From Pseudomonadota bacterium (lineage in GTDB: Bacteria; Bdellovibrionota_B; Oligoflexia; Oligoflexales; CAIYRB01): DNA of 11,133 nt. Position 1 is the stretch's first letter, and the number at the start of each line of letters is the position of its first letter. Below are positions 1-7,979 of this stretch, piece after piece. Where the stretch lies: NCBI GenBank assembly GCA_031416315.1, contig JANOTL010000090.1, positions 1-11,133 on the forward strand, written 5' to 3'. Under the pieces are notes generated by a model. That model did not search any database. It saw only the letters and a list, made by a program, of their open reading frames with translations, and had not been told where the DNA came from. The translations under genes and the position numbers were made by a program.

Positions 1-272
1 TGGCGGCGGCGCGTGCCGGCGCCGACGCGATCGTCGCGGAGCTGATCCGCGCCGGCGCCCCGCTCGATCCGACCACGCATCGCTACAAGTGGACTCCGGC
101 GACCTATGCGGTCGGCGGACGTCACCTCACGACTCTGAAGCTGTTGTATGAGGCCGATCACGCGATCAACCTCGGCCCGGCGCTTTGCGCCGCCAAGCTC
201 AGCGAATTTGCGGAAATTGTCGCCTATCTCGAAAGCGTCGGCGCCGTGTGCGTGCCGACAACCCCCTCTTGA
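1..272 (+). CDS. Ankyrin-repeat protein, C-terminal part (5' end outside window)
   Basis: Not in the ORF track. Manual translation from position 3 gives AAARAGADAIVAELIRAGAPLDPTTHRYKWTPATYAVGGRHLTTLKLLYEA...FAEIVAYLESVGAVCVPTTPS*, stop TGA at 270-272. It matches the ankyrin pattern (TP..A...G...iv.lLl..GA). Confidence 0.75.
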   Translation, partial: AAARAGADAIVAELIRAGAPLDPTTHRYKWTPATYAVGGRHLTTLKLLYEADHAINLGPALCAAKLSEFAEIVAYLESVGAVCVPTTPS

Positions 273-283
273 GGAGATCCATC

Positions 284-907
284 ATGCGGTTCCAATCCCT
301 TTGCCTCATCAGCATCCTCGCTCTTGGTTGCGGCGCCGTCGGCAAGGACAAGTCGTCCGAAGAGAAGGCGCCCGTCGCGGACGGCGTCCTCCTCACACTC
401 GGACTGACCGGCACCTGGGTCAATGCGTGTACGAGCCCGGAGGACGGCGGCTCGAGCCAAGAGCGTTTCGAGATTCGCGAAGACGGCATGAGCCGCCGCT
501 TAACTTACTTCGAGGAAGCGGGATGCCGATCGGGTGACGAGAACGTCGTCTACGAAAGCGTCTTCGACGCCGCGACTCACATCGATCCGCCGGATCTCGC
601 CGGTTACACCACCGTGCGGCAGCAGCTCCGTTCGTACACGGCAACATTGCTGGTCGCTGCCAGGGTCGAGAGCTTCAACACGAAAGCTCGCTACGGCTAC
701 AGCGACTGGGCCCAAGGCCAGGCCAAAGACATCAGCGGCCGCAAGTTCGAAGAAGCCGACAAGCGCTCGACGCCGAAGATCGGCGCGTTGCGCTACTTCA
801 CCATGGCCTTGGCCGAGGGGAAACTGCGCCTTGCGAAGTATCCGGACGGCAAGACGGCGAGCGTGAGCACGGATCCTGAGGACGAGTTTTCAAAGCTAAA
901 CAACTGA
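284..907 (+). CDS. Putative lipoprotein of unknown function (207 aa)
   Basis: GAGGAG RBS at 271-276 overlaps the upstream stop; ATG at 284. The signal peptide MRFQSLCLISILALG-C has a lipobox. The mature part (LTGTWVNAC...) looks beta-rich. The track start at 185 lies inside the ankyrin gene and is not used. Confidence 0.8.
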   Translation: MRFQSLCLISILALGCGAVGKDKSSEEKAPVADGVLLTLGLTGTWVNACTSPEDGGSSQERFEIREDGMSRRLTYFEEAGCRSGDENVVYESVFDAATHIDPPDLAGYTTVRQQLRSYTATLLVAARVESFNTKARYGYSDWAQGQAKDISGRKFEEADKRSTPKIGALRYFTMALAEGKLRLAKYPDGKTASVSTDPEDEFSKLNN

Positions 908-1044
908 AGCCGCCGATTACCGCATGGCAAGGTCACGGAAAACAGCTAATTTCATGTCGTTTCATACTTCTCAATTGATTTGGCCAAGCTGCTGAAGTAA
1001 GGAGCCGACTTCAAACGCACGATCACTCCACTACCAGGCCCCAG

Positions 1045-2559
1045 ATGCTTCTTGAAATAGCGCGCACGAGCAAAGACGAGCCCCTCGGAATCCTGGCTTC
1101 TCTCGCGAACCGGCACGGCCTGATCAGCGGCGCGACGGGTACCGGCAAGACGGTGTCGCTGCAGGCGTTGGCGCAAAAGTTCAGCAACGCCGGCGTGCCG
1201 GTCTTCGTCGCCGACGTCAAAGGCGACCTTGCCGGAATCGCCGTTCCGGGCACGCTCAGCGAGAAGATGAGCGCTCGACTCAAGGAGTTGGCGCTGCCGC
1301 TTCCGACCCCGGGCGCGTGCCCGACGATTTTTTGGGACGTTTACGGGGAAAAGGGACACCCCGTCCGCAGCACGCTTTCGGAGCTCGGCCCAGCCCTCCT
1401 GTCGCGGCTGATGGGCTTGAACGACACGCAGGCTTCCGTGCTGCAAGTGTTGTTCAAAGTCGCCGACGACGCGGGCCTGCTGCTCATCGACTTCAAAGAC
1501 GTGAACGCGCTGATCAAGCTCGTCATGGAAAACTTGAGCCAGTTCAAGGAGCAGTACGGCCACTTGTCTCCGGCGTCGATCGGCACGATTCAGCGTGCGC
1601 TCCTCACTCTAGAGTCGCAGGGCACGAAAGACTTCTTTGGTGAGCCGGCTTTCGACGCCCTGGACCTGCTCCAGAACAGCGGCGACGGTCGCGGATATGT
1701 CCACGTCCTGGCGGCGGATCGCCTGCTCTCCACGCCGGTAGTCTATTCCACCTTTTTGCTGTGGTTGATGTCCGAGCTCTTTGAGCAACTGCCGGAAGTC
1801 GGCGATTTGGAGAAGCCAAAGCTCGTCTTCTTCTTCGACGAAGCCCATCTGCTCTTCAAAGACGCCCCCAAAGCGCTCGTCGAACGGATCGAGCAAGTCG
1901 TGCGCCTGATCCGCTCGAAAGGCGTCGGCATCTATTTCGTCACCCAAAGCCCGCTCGACATTCCCCAGACGGTCCTAGGGCAACTCTCGCATCGGATCCA
2001 ACACGCGCTCCGAGCTTTCACGCCGCAAGATCAGAAGGCCGTCAAAGTCGTCGCCGACACGTTCCGGCAGAACCCGGAATTTTCGGCGGAAACCGCGATC
2101 TCGCAACTGAAGGTCGGGGAAGCATTGATCTCGATGCTCGACGAATCGGGTGCCCCGACGGTCGTCGAGCGCGCCTTCGTCCAGCTCCCGGGCAGCCGCC
2201 TCGGACCGATCGACTCTGCCGAGCGCGCCGCGGCGATGGCCGCCTCGCCCGTCGCCGGTCACTACGAAAAATTCGTCGACCGCGTTTCGGCTTTCGAGAC
2301 GATCGCGTCGCGCACGACCGCAAGCGCTCCGGAAACTTCCGCCGCTACGGCGAGCGCGCCAGCCGCAGCCTCCCATCCGAGCGTGCTGAACGAAATCTTG
2401 TTCGGCAGCGTCGGCCCTCGCGGCGGGCGCAAGGCCGGACTCGTCGAAAAAGCGGCCACGAGTGCCGCGCGTTCGGTCGCAAGCTCGGTGGGGCGGGAAA
2501 TTGTGCGTGGTCTGCTCGGCTCCATCATGGGTGGCTCGCGACCCTCGCGTCGGCGCTAA
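1045..2559 (+). CDS. Helicase HerA-like domain ATPase, DUF853/YjgR family (504 aa)
   Basis: ANRHGLISGATGTGKT (Walker A), VFVADVKGDL, KPKLVFFFDEAHLLF (Walker B), RLIRSKGVGIYFVTQSP, QHALRAFTP and a C-terminal REIVRGLLGS are all typical of this family. Confidence 0.93.
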   Translation: MLLEIARTSKDEPLGILASLANRHGLISGATGTGKTVSLQALAQKFSNAGVPVFVADVKGDLAGIAVPGTLSEKMSARLKELALPLPTPGACPTIFWDVYGEKGHPVRSTLSELGPALLSRLMGLNDTQASVLQVLFKVADDAGLLLIDFKDVNALIKLVMENLSQFKEQYGHLSPASIGTIQRALLTLESQGTKDFFGEPAFDALDLLQNSGDGRGYVHVLAADRLLSTPVVYSTFLLWLMSELFEQLPEVGDLEKPKLVFFFDEAHLLFKDAPKALVERIEQVVRLIRSKGVGIYFVTQSPLDIPQTVLGQLSHRIQHALRAFTPQDQKAVKVVADTFRQNPEFSAETAISQLKVGEALISMLDESGAPTVVERAFVQLPGSRLGPIDSAERAAAMAASPVAGHYEKFVDRVSAFETIASRTTASAPETSAATASAPAAASHPSVLNEILFGSVGPRGGRKAGLVEKAATSAARSVASSVGREIVRGLLGSIMGGSRPSRRR

Positions 2560-2583
2560 AGGCGTGCAGGGATCCCGCAGCGT

Positions 2584-3044
2584 ACCGCTGACGAGACAGA
2601 CCGGAATCTCTCGAAATCTACGAAAATTCATTCGCGTTGGTCGCATTGGTCGCACGCACATCGTTCGACTCCGCGATCTTCCGCGCCATCGCCTTCCGCG
2701 CCGCGAACATCTCGACGAATAGCGAGACCTTCGCGCTCACGACGAGAGAATCGATCGGCTTGATGATGTCGTCGATCGCTCCCATTTCGTAGCCACGCAG
2801 GATGAACGAAAGCTCGTCGGCAACTGCCGTGATGAAGACGATGGGCACGTGGCCCATGGAGCTGGAGGACCGGATTCTCCTCGCAACTTCGAAGCCCGTC
2901 CATGCCGGGCATCATGACGTCGAGCAAGACCGCTGCGAAGTCACGTCGGGCCAACTCTCTGAGCGCCTGATCCCAGGAACTCTCCAAGACGAGGTTGTAC
3001 CGGGGATCGTAGAGGACGAGGGAAAGACGTGGCCGAGCAATCAT
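2584..3044 (-). pseudogene. Degraded response-regulator receiver / hybrid histidine kinase remnant
   Basis: ...RRDFAAVLLDVMMPGMDG is followed by an extra base in CCC 2895-2897. Removing it gives FEVARRIRSSSSMGHVPIVFITAV...GAIDDIIKP, a receiver with the phospho-Asp, Thr and KP. The N-terminal beta1 (ILIVDD) is missing and the frame stops at 2618. Confidence 0.75.
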
Positions 3045-3213
3045 CTAAAGGGCAAGTTCTCGGAAATCGAGCCTGGCAGACGCAAGCTCGAGCTTCCAAG
3101 AGACAGAGGCTTCAGCCGTACGGTCGAGCGGGCCGCCGTGACCGGGCGCAAGAGCGCTCGCATACGAAATCGCTTGCGCTAGGGCCGGTGGACAACCAGA
3201 GACTCATTTGAAG

Positions 3214-4032
3214 TCAGAAGCGCTGAGCGCTTCCGATGAGCACCATCGTCGCCACGATGGCGGGTACCGTCGGCAGTTGGCTGAAGCGCAGCGAGAGCAT
3301 AAATCCGACCAGGCAGGCTAGGGCGGCGACGATTCCACATCGGACGAGGTGGCGCCGCAACCCTGAACGTCCGGTGCGAACGGCCAAGGCCGTCGGCACG
3401 AAAAGACAAGCGACGGTAAACAAGAAGCCGGCGATTTGGACGCTCAGACAGATCAAAATGAGCGACCCGATCGCAAACAGCCCGTCGGCACCGCGCAAAG
3501 TCGTCTCGGGGCTGCACAGAATCATCGTCTCGAACGAGCGCCGGCTCACGGAATTCGAGCGCCAAGCGATCAAGATCAGGGCTGCGCTCCCAGCGAACAA
3601 TAGTGCCAGCGATTCCATCTTGCTGACCGTCGCGAGATCGCCGAAGTATTTCTGCGCCATGTGGCTATCGAGCGCGGGGAAAAGCGCGCTAACGAGGTAT
3701 CCGCACGCGAGCAGCGCGGCGAACATTGCGGCAAAGTGGGTGTTGCGGGCGGCGCGAAGCACCGCGACTTGGTGCTCGCTCATGGCATACGTCGCGCCTG
3801 AAGCGACGAGGGCAAGCGCAAACGGAGCTACGGATCCGGCGTAGTCGGACAGCGCCAGAGATTGGACGAGTCCGATGCCAAGGAGCACGCCCAGCATGGC
3901 GCCCTGCCCGACGCACATGGTTTGCATGGCTCGATCTCGCGCCGCCAGCTGCGCCCCAAGCAGAGCTAGGGCCGATGCGAGCACCGTGCTGCCGACCATG
4001 GTCATCCCATAGATTGCAAGCAGCGTGCTCAA
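3214..4032 (-). CDS. Metal ABC transporter permease (ABC-3, ZnuB-like), about 272 aa
   Basis: Many hydrophobic helices, YFGDLATVS and SVQIAGFLFTVACLFVP. Probable TTG start at 4032 overlaps the ATPase stop (TTGA). Last gene of the operon. Confidence 0.85.
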   Translation of the reverse strand: MSTLLAIYGMTMVGSTVLASALALLGAQLAARDRAMQTMCVGQGAMLGVLLGIGLVQSLALSDYAGSVAPFALALVASGATYAMSEHQVAVLRAARNTHFAAMFAALLACGYLVSALFPALDSHMAQKYFGDLATVSKMESLALLFAGSAALILIAWRSNSVSRRSFETMILCSPETTLRGADGLFAIGSLILICLSVQIAGFLFTVACLFVPTALAVRTGRSGLRRHLVRCGIVAALACLVGFMLSLRFSQLPTVPAIVATMVLIGSAQRF

Positions 4033-4655
4033 TCGGCCGCCGCGGACGGTTTGAGGCCGATCGTGACGACTCCGGGCCAACCGTCGCGTTCAATCGCCTG
4101 CTCGTGGCACACCATTAGGACTCCGCGCTCGTCAGACGCGACGTGGCGGCGGAGCGCGTCGCGTAAGAGCTTACGGCCGTCGGCGTCGAGATGGTTCATT
4201 GGCTCATCCAGGACGACGAAGGTCGGCTCGTCGAGAAGGATCTTTGTCAGCAAAGTTTTCTGGCGCTCACCGCCGCTGGCAGTATTCCACGCAAGGTCAA
4301 GGTGACGCGGGTCGAGGAGGCCGACGTCACGGACACGCGAATCGGTGATGGGCACCCCCGCCGAGAACGACAGAACGTCGCGCAAGGTCAGTGGCAAATG
4401 AAACTCGCGATTCTGCAGTTGCGTCAAGAAGCGAAGGTGCTTCAACTCGAAGGCGCGCTCGATCGATCCGGCAGTCGGCGCTGTCTCCCCCTGCACGACC
4501 TGCAGGAGCGTCGATTTCCCAACGCCGTTGGGACCGACGACAGCGACGATCGCGCCGGAATCGACCGTGAAAGAAAGGCCGCTCACGAGCGCGCGCCCGT
4601 CTGGCGTTCCGTACGCCAGATTCTTGACCTCCAGCAAAGCACGCCTTGCGGTCAT
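4029..4655 (-). CDS. Metal ABC transporter ATP-binding subunit (ZnuC-like, 208 aa)
   Basis: Walker A GPNGVGKST, signature ASGGERQK, Walker B VVLDEP and H-loop MVCH. ATGA overlap with the SBP stop. Confidence 0.92.
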   Translation of the reverse strand: MTARRALLEVKNLAYGTPDGRALVSGLSFTVDSGAIVAVVGPNGVGKSTLLQVVQGETAPTAGSIERAFELKHLRFLTQLQNREFHLPLTLRDVLSFSAGVPITDSRVRDVGLLDPRHLDLAWNTASGGERQKTLLTKILLDEPTFVVLDEPMNHLDADGRKLLRDALRRHVASDERGVLMVCHEQAIERDGWPGVVTIGLKPSAAAD

Positions 4656-5614
4656 TGCAGCGCTTGGCCGCCGCCGAGCGCCCGTACGATCTCGGCGGCG
4701 ATGTGAGCTTGAAGCTCCGGGTACGTCTTGAGCTTGCCGGAAGCCTGGATCATCGTCGGAACGACGATTACGGGGAGGCCGGAGATTTCGCGAAACTTCG
4801 CGACGGTTTTGACCGGGTTGTCTTCGGCCGCCAACGCCACCCGGACCCCGCCGCTCTTGGCGGCCAAACTGACTTCGACGAGTCGTCCGGCCGAAGGCGG
4901 CACACCCGGCTTCTCTTCGATGCTGCCGGCCGACCGAATGCCATACTGCGCGAAAAAGTAGGCGAACTCCTTATGATACTCGACCACGACCGGACGGTCG
5001 CCGGCGGCCCCTTGCGCCGCCAGAACTGGCGCGAGCGTGATCGCAACCTCGGTGCTCAACTTGTCGAGCCGTCTCGCGAATGTTTCAAGTCCTAGCCGGT
5101 AATGGGACGCATGATTCGCATCGACCCGCTCGAGTGCGGCCGCGATTTCGCGACCGGCGGCAGCCAATGCCTTGGGACTAAGCCAGAAATGAGGGTTGCC
5201 GGCGGGATGAACGTCGCCCATCGATCGATCGACCGGACCCGTCGGTTTTTCCAAGACTTCGACGCCCTTGCCGACCTCGCAGTAGCCCTTTCCGCCGGGC
5301 TGTACGTCCGCGTTCCCCGAACGCGCCAAAACCGGCGGCATGTAACCGACCTCGAGATCGAGCCCGACGAGGCAGACGACCTGTGCCTCGGCGACAAGGC
5401 GCGTGAATTCCGGGACGGCGTCGACGAAGTGCGGATTCTCCGTGCCGGCGAGGAGCGCTCTTGCCTCGACCCGCGAGCCGCCGATCTCGGCGGCCGCCCA
5501 TGCGAGCTCCGGGATGGTCGTGACGACTTGGACTTTGCCGTCCGCGAAGGCAGTAGCCGCAGAGCCAGCCAGGGTCGCGAACGCAATGAGATACATTGAG
5601 AATTTAGAAGTCAT
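4652..5614 (-). CDS. Metal ABC transporter substrate-binding protein (ZnuA/TroA cluster A-I, 320 aa)
   Basis: Signal peptide, VQVVTTIPEL, ENPHFVD, GDVHPAGNPHFWLSP, YHKEFAYF and IEEKPGVPPS. Three canonical His ligand positions are recognisable. Confidence 0.92.
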   Translation of the reverse strand: MTSKFSMYLIAFATLAGSAATAFADGKVQVVTTIPELAWAAAEIGGSRVEARALLAGTENPHFVDAVPEFTRLVAEAQVVCLVGLDLEVGYMPPVLARSGNADVQPGGKGYCEVGKGVEVLEKPTGPVDRSMGDVHPAGNPHFWLSPKALAAAGREIAAALERVDANHASHYRLGLETFARRLDKLSTEVAITLAPVLAAQGAAGDRPVVVEYHKEFAYFFAQYGIRSAGSIEEKPGVPPSAGRLVEVSLAAKSGGVRVALAAEDNPVKTVAKFREISGLPVIVVPTMIQASGKLKTYPELQAHIAAEIVRALGGGQALQ

Positions 5615-6671
5615 GGGCTGGATGCGCTCCGATCATGAAGGTTGCTTGCACTTCGGCGATCTGATTTTTCATGTCCGCCTGGGCCGTTTGCTTTGCGACC
5701 GACGAGTCGTAAGCTAGCCGCAGCGTCGAAAACTCGCTTGCTCTGTAGGTCAGGGTCGGCACGACATGTTGCTCCGAGTTCGAAACCTTGGCGCCCGCGA
5801 GGTCTTTAAGCGTCAGAACCGTGTAGTAGTCGAGAAGAATTCCAAACTGAAACTGGCTCGTGAGCGCGGACTGCGGAAAGAAATAGGCACCCAGGCTCCG
5901 TTCGACGGCACCATTGCGCGGAGTCTTCGTCCGTTGCCACACCTCCCCTTGCAGGAGCAGATCGAGAACACCGCCGTGCCTCCACTTTGCAGCCAGGTCC
6001 AGTCCCCCGAGAGTCATTCTGTCTCCAGATGCCGCGATGCGGCTCATGTAATTCATCCCGAGCTGCGCGCCGCCACTGCCGGGCAGTGATGCATAGGTGA
6101 CTGCACGACCATAGTGCGTCGGCTTGCGCGGCTTTTCCCCCTCGTCATGTGCGTGGCCGTAAGTCCAGCCGTTGGTGACTCCGGCGCTCACTTCCAGAAA
6201 GAACGGCAGCGGCGTCAGGAATGAGTATTCGAGCCCCGAGTCGAGGGCGCCTTCCGCCCCGAAGAATTCTTGCTGCACCTTTGGCGCGAAAATGAACGGC
6301 CATTCGTGGCGATGGAAGCGATTGAGACGGCCGACGCCGAGAAAAAACTGGCCGAGACGAATCTGCGAGCGGGGGATCAGCTTCGACGAGCCAAGATAAG
6401 CCTCGTGGACCTCGAATACCGAAACTCCGGCCTCTCGATGAGCCGCGGCACTCAGCACTCCATCAAACGTTTGGTCAACCGGAGCCACGAGGATGAGCTC
6501 GGCCTCCCGAATGTCGAACCGGTCCGTCGCTCGATCGTCCTTCCCGAGGCGAAAGGCGCCCGCCGAGTCCACGGCGGCCGAGATCTTGAGGCCAGACCCG
6601 TCGTCGGAAAGCGCCGAGGACGACAGGAAGATTGCCGAAAAGACGCCCGCAGCCCGCGCCCTAGTCATCAT
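5604..6671 (-). CDS. Outer-membrane beta-barrel protein associated with metal ABC operons (355 aa)
   Basis: Signal peptide, amphipathic strands, IREAEL, GRLNRFHRHEWPF, loop GHAHDEG and C-terminal IGAHPAHDF ending in Phe. 11-nt overlap with the SBP gene. Confidence 0.8.
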   Translation of the reverse strand: MMTRARAAGVFSAIFLSSSALSDDGSGLKISAAVDSAGAFRLGKDDRATDRFDIREAELILVAPVDQTFDGVLSAAAHREAGVSVFEVHEAYLGSSKLIPRSQIRLGQFFLGVGRLNRFHRHEWPFIFAPKVQQEFFGAEGALDSGLEYSFLTPLPFFLEVSAGVTNGWTYGHAHDEGEKPRKPTHYGRAVTYASLPGSGGAQLGMNYMSRIAASGDRMTLGGLDLAAKWRHGGVLDLLLQGEVWQRTKTPRNGAVERSLGAYFFPQSALTSQFQFGILLDYYTVLTLKDLAGAKVSNSEQHVVPTLTYRASEFSTLRLAYDSSVAKQTAQADMKNQIAEVQATFMIGAHPAHDF

Positions 6672-7309
6672 TGTTCGACAAACTTCGGATCACCGAGCAC
6701 GGCCGTCGTCACTTGTGCCTTCGCGAGGCGGAGCCCCCAAAACGTTCCGGTCCCTTGGCCAGGGGTCGGGCCGTCTTCCTCGGAGTTAAACACGGCCTTT
6801 TCTTCGCCGAATTCGGCGTCGGCCCACACGAGGACATGCGCCGGACTCTCGTCGTTATGAACGTCGACGACGATGCGAAGGGCGCTGGCTGCATCGACGC
6901 CGTCGAGGGGTTTGGCTTCCCCGATTTGCCCGGCCGCTCCGAGTGCGACGGAAAGTCCCGCGCCAACCCGCGTAAAGACGAGGACGACACCGTTTTCCAG
7001 CTTTTGATCGGCTTGCGTGATCAGCGTGACCGAACCGCCATCGTCGAGCGTGAAGGCGAGGTCATAGCTCTTTTTTGAGCCGAGCTCCCCGAGCGGCTGC
7101 TTGAATGCGACGGCGCCGCTTCCTTTCAAGTGGGTGTCGGCCCTTTGCAAATCTCCGGCGTCTGCGACGACATAGGCGTTGGTTCCGAGGCGCCCGTCGG
7201 CCGTGCCCGCGGTCTCGCCGTTGCCGGCGGAGCAAGCGGCGGCGCCGAAAGTCAGGAGAAGCGGAAAAACGCACGCGAACGTATGGAATGCTTGCACGGA
7301 AGCCCTCAT
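6668..7309 (-). CDS. Putative lipoprotein of unknown function, first structural gene of the metal uptake operon (213 aa)
   Basis: Signal peptide ending LLLTFGAAA-C, beta-rich body, motif DVHNDESPAH, ATGA overlap with the barrel gene. An alternative start is GTG at 7297, preceded by GAGGG. Confidence 0.8.
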   Translation of the reverse strand: MRASVQAFHTFACVFPLLLTFGAAACSAGNGETAGTADGRLGTNAYVVADAGDLQRADTHLKGSGAVAFKQPLGELGSKKSYDLAFTLDDGGSVTLITQADQKLENGVVLVFTRVGAGLSVALGAAGQIGEAKPLDGVDAASALRIVVDVHNDESPAHVLVWADAEFGEEKAVFNSEEDGPTPGQGTGTFWGLRLAKAQVTTAVLGDPKFVEQ

Positions 7310-7351
7310 TCTAGATGGATTGAATTTTTGATTGGGTCGGGAAAGGTGAAA

Positions 7352-7741
7352 CTAGGCGGCGCTCGGCGGGGCGCGAGCGGATTGCGGCATGCGCCGCGGA
7401 AGTATCGTGGGGGAGCGAGGTGATGCGAAGGTCAGCACGAATGCTAGACGCGGCTCGCGCACTTTCAGCGATCCAACCGGCAGGCTCAGACTGAGGATGC
7501 CGACGCCCGCAATGTGCAAGGCCAGAGTGCCGGCGCGCCCGGCGGAATCGTGAGGCTCTTCGTTGTAGTCTACGAAACCATCAAGCAAACAACGGAAGGC
7601 GTGCTCGTGGTCCGTGTCCTGAGCATGGGCCGAAGCGTGAGCGTCGAGATTGCGGCCGAAAACCAGCAACAGGTAGAGACACAGCCATAAGCTCGTCGCC
7701 CAGCGACTGGTGGATCTCTGATTTATCTGATTGGAAGGCAT
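7352..7741 (-). CDS. Leader ORF, DUF2946/CruR-like architecture, His-rich with C-terminal RAPP (about 129 aa)
   Basis: Hydrophobic segment LWLCLYLLLVFG, then HASAHAQDTDHEHAFRC, a Pro/Arg-rich tail and SARAPPSAA*. ATG 7741 is chosen over TTG 7777, but the start is uncertain. Confidence 0.7.
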   Translation of the reverse strand: MPSNQINQRSTSRWATSLWLCLYLLLVFGRNLDAHASAHAQDTDHEHAFRCLLDGFVDYNEEPHDSAGRAGTLALHIAGVGILSLSLPVGSLKVREPRLAFVLTFASPRSPTILPRRMPQSARAPPSAA

Positions 7742-7815
7742 GACGGTGCAAATCGTTGAGATCAGTTTTTCACGCAATTGCCACTGAACCGCGTTCGGAA
7801 CGAGAATTACGGCAA

Positions 7816-7832
7816 ACGCAATATAGTTGCAA
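7816..7832. promoter_or_regulatory. Zur/Fur-family operator-like palindrome
   Basis: ACGCAATATAGTTGCAA, core GCAA-N5-TTGC, matches 11 of 14 defined positions of the ATGCAAC-N3-GTTGCAT type Zur box as recalled. It lies in an AT-rich patch about 75 bp upstream of the leader ORF of a ZnuABC-like operon. Confidence 0.65.
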
Positions 7833-7979
7833 TAGATTTCTCGAGCCGAGGACGCTGGATGAATCGCGGCCTTTCATTGCTTACGCCACGTCCGGCTGGC
7901 TCACTGAGGGGCGTCGCACTTCAGCTTTCGCCTCATCACGCTCATCGTTCAAACTCCAATCAATAGGGTTGAGATCAAA

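Noticed and set aside
1045..2559. HerA-based anti-phage system (Sir2-HerA or NurA-HerA type)
   Set aside because: The motifs fit the common stand-alone DUF853/YjgR family, and no nuclease or sirtuin partner is adjacent.
2629..2652. Short 9-bp tandem repeat encoding ATNATNAN
   Set aside because: Under three imperfect copies inside a pseudogene, with no evidence of function.
7918..7939. Hammerhead-ribozyme-like core on the minus strand (GTGATGAGGCGAAAGCTGAAGT)
   Set aside because: The conserved CUGA starts with G, GAAA reads GAAG, and no convincing stems I and III were found.
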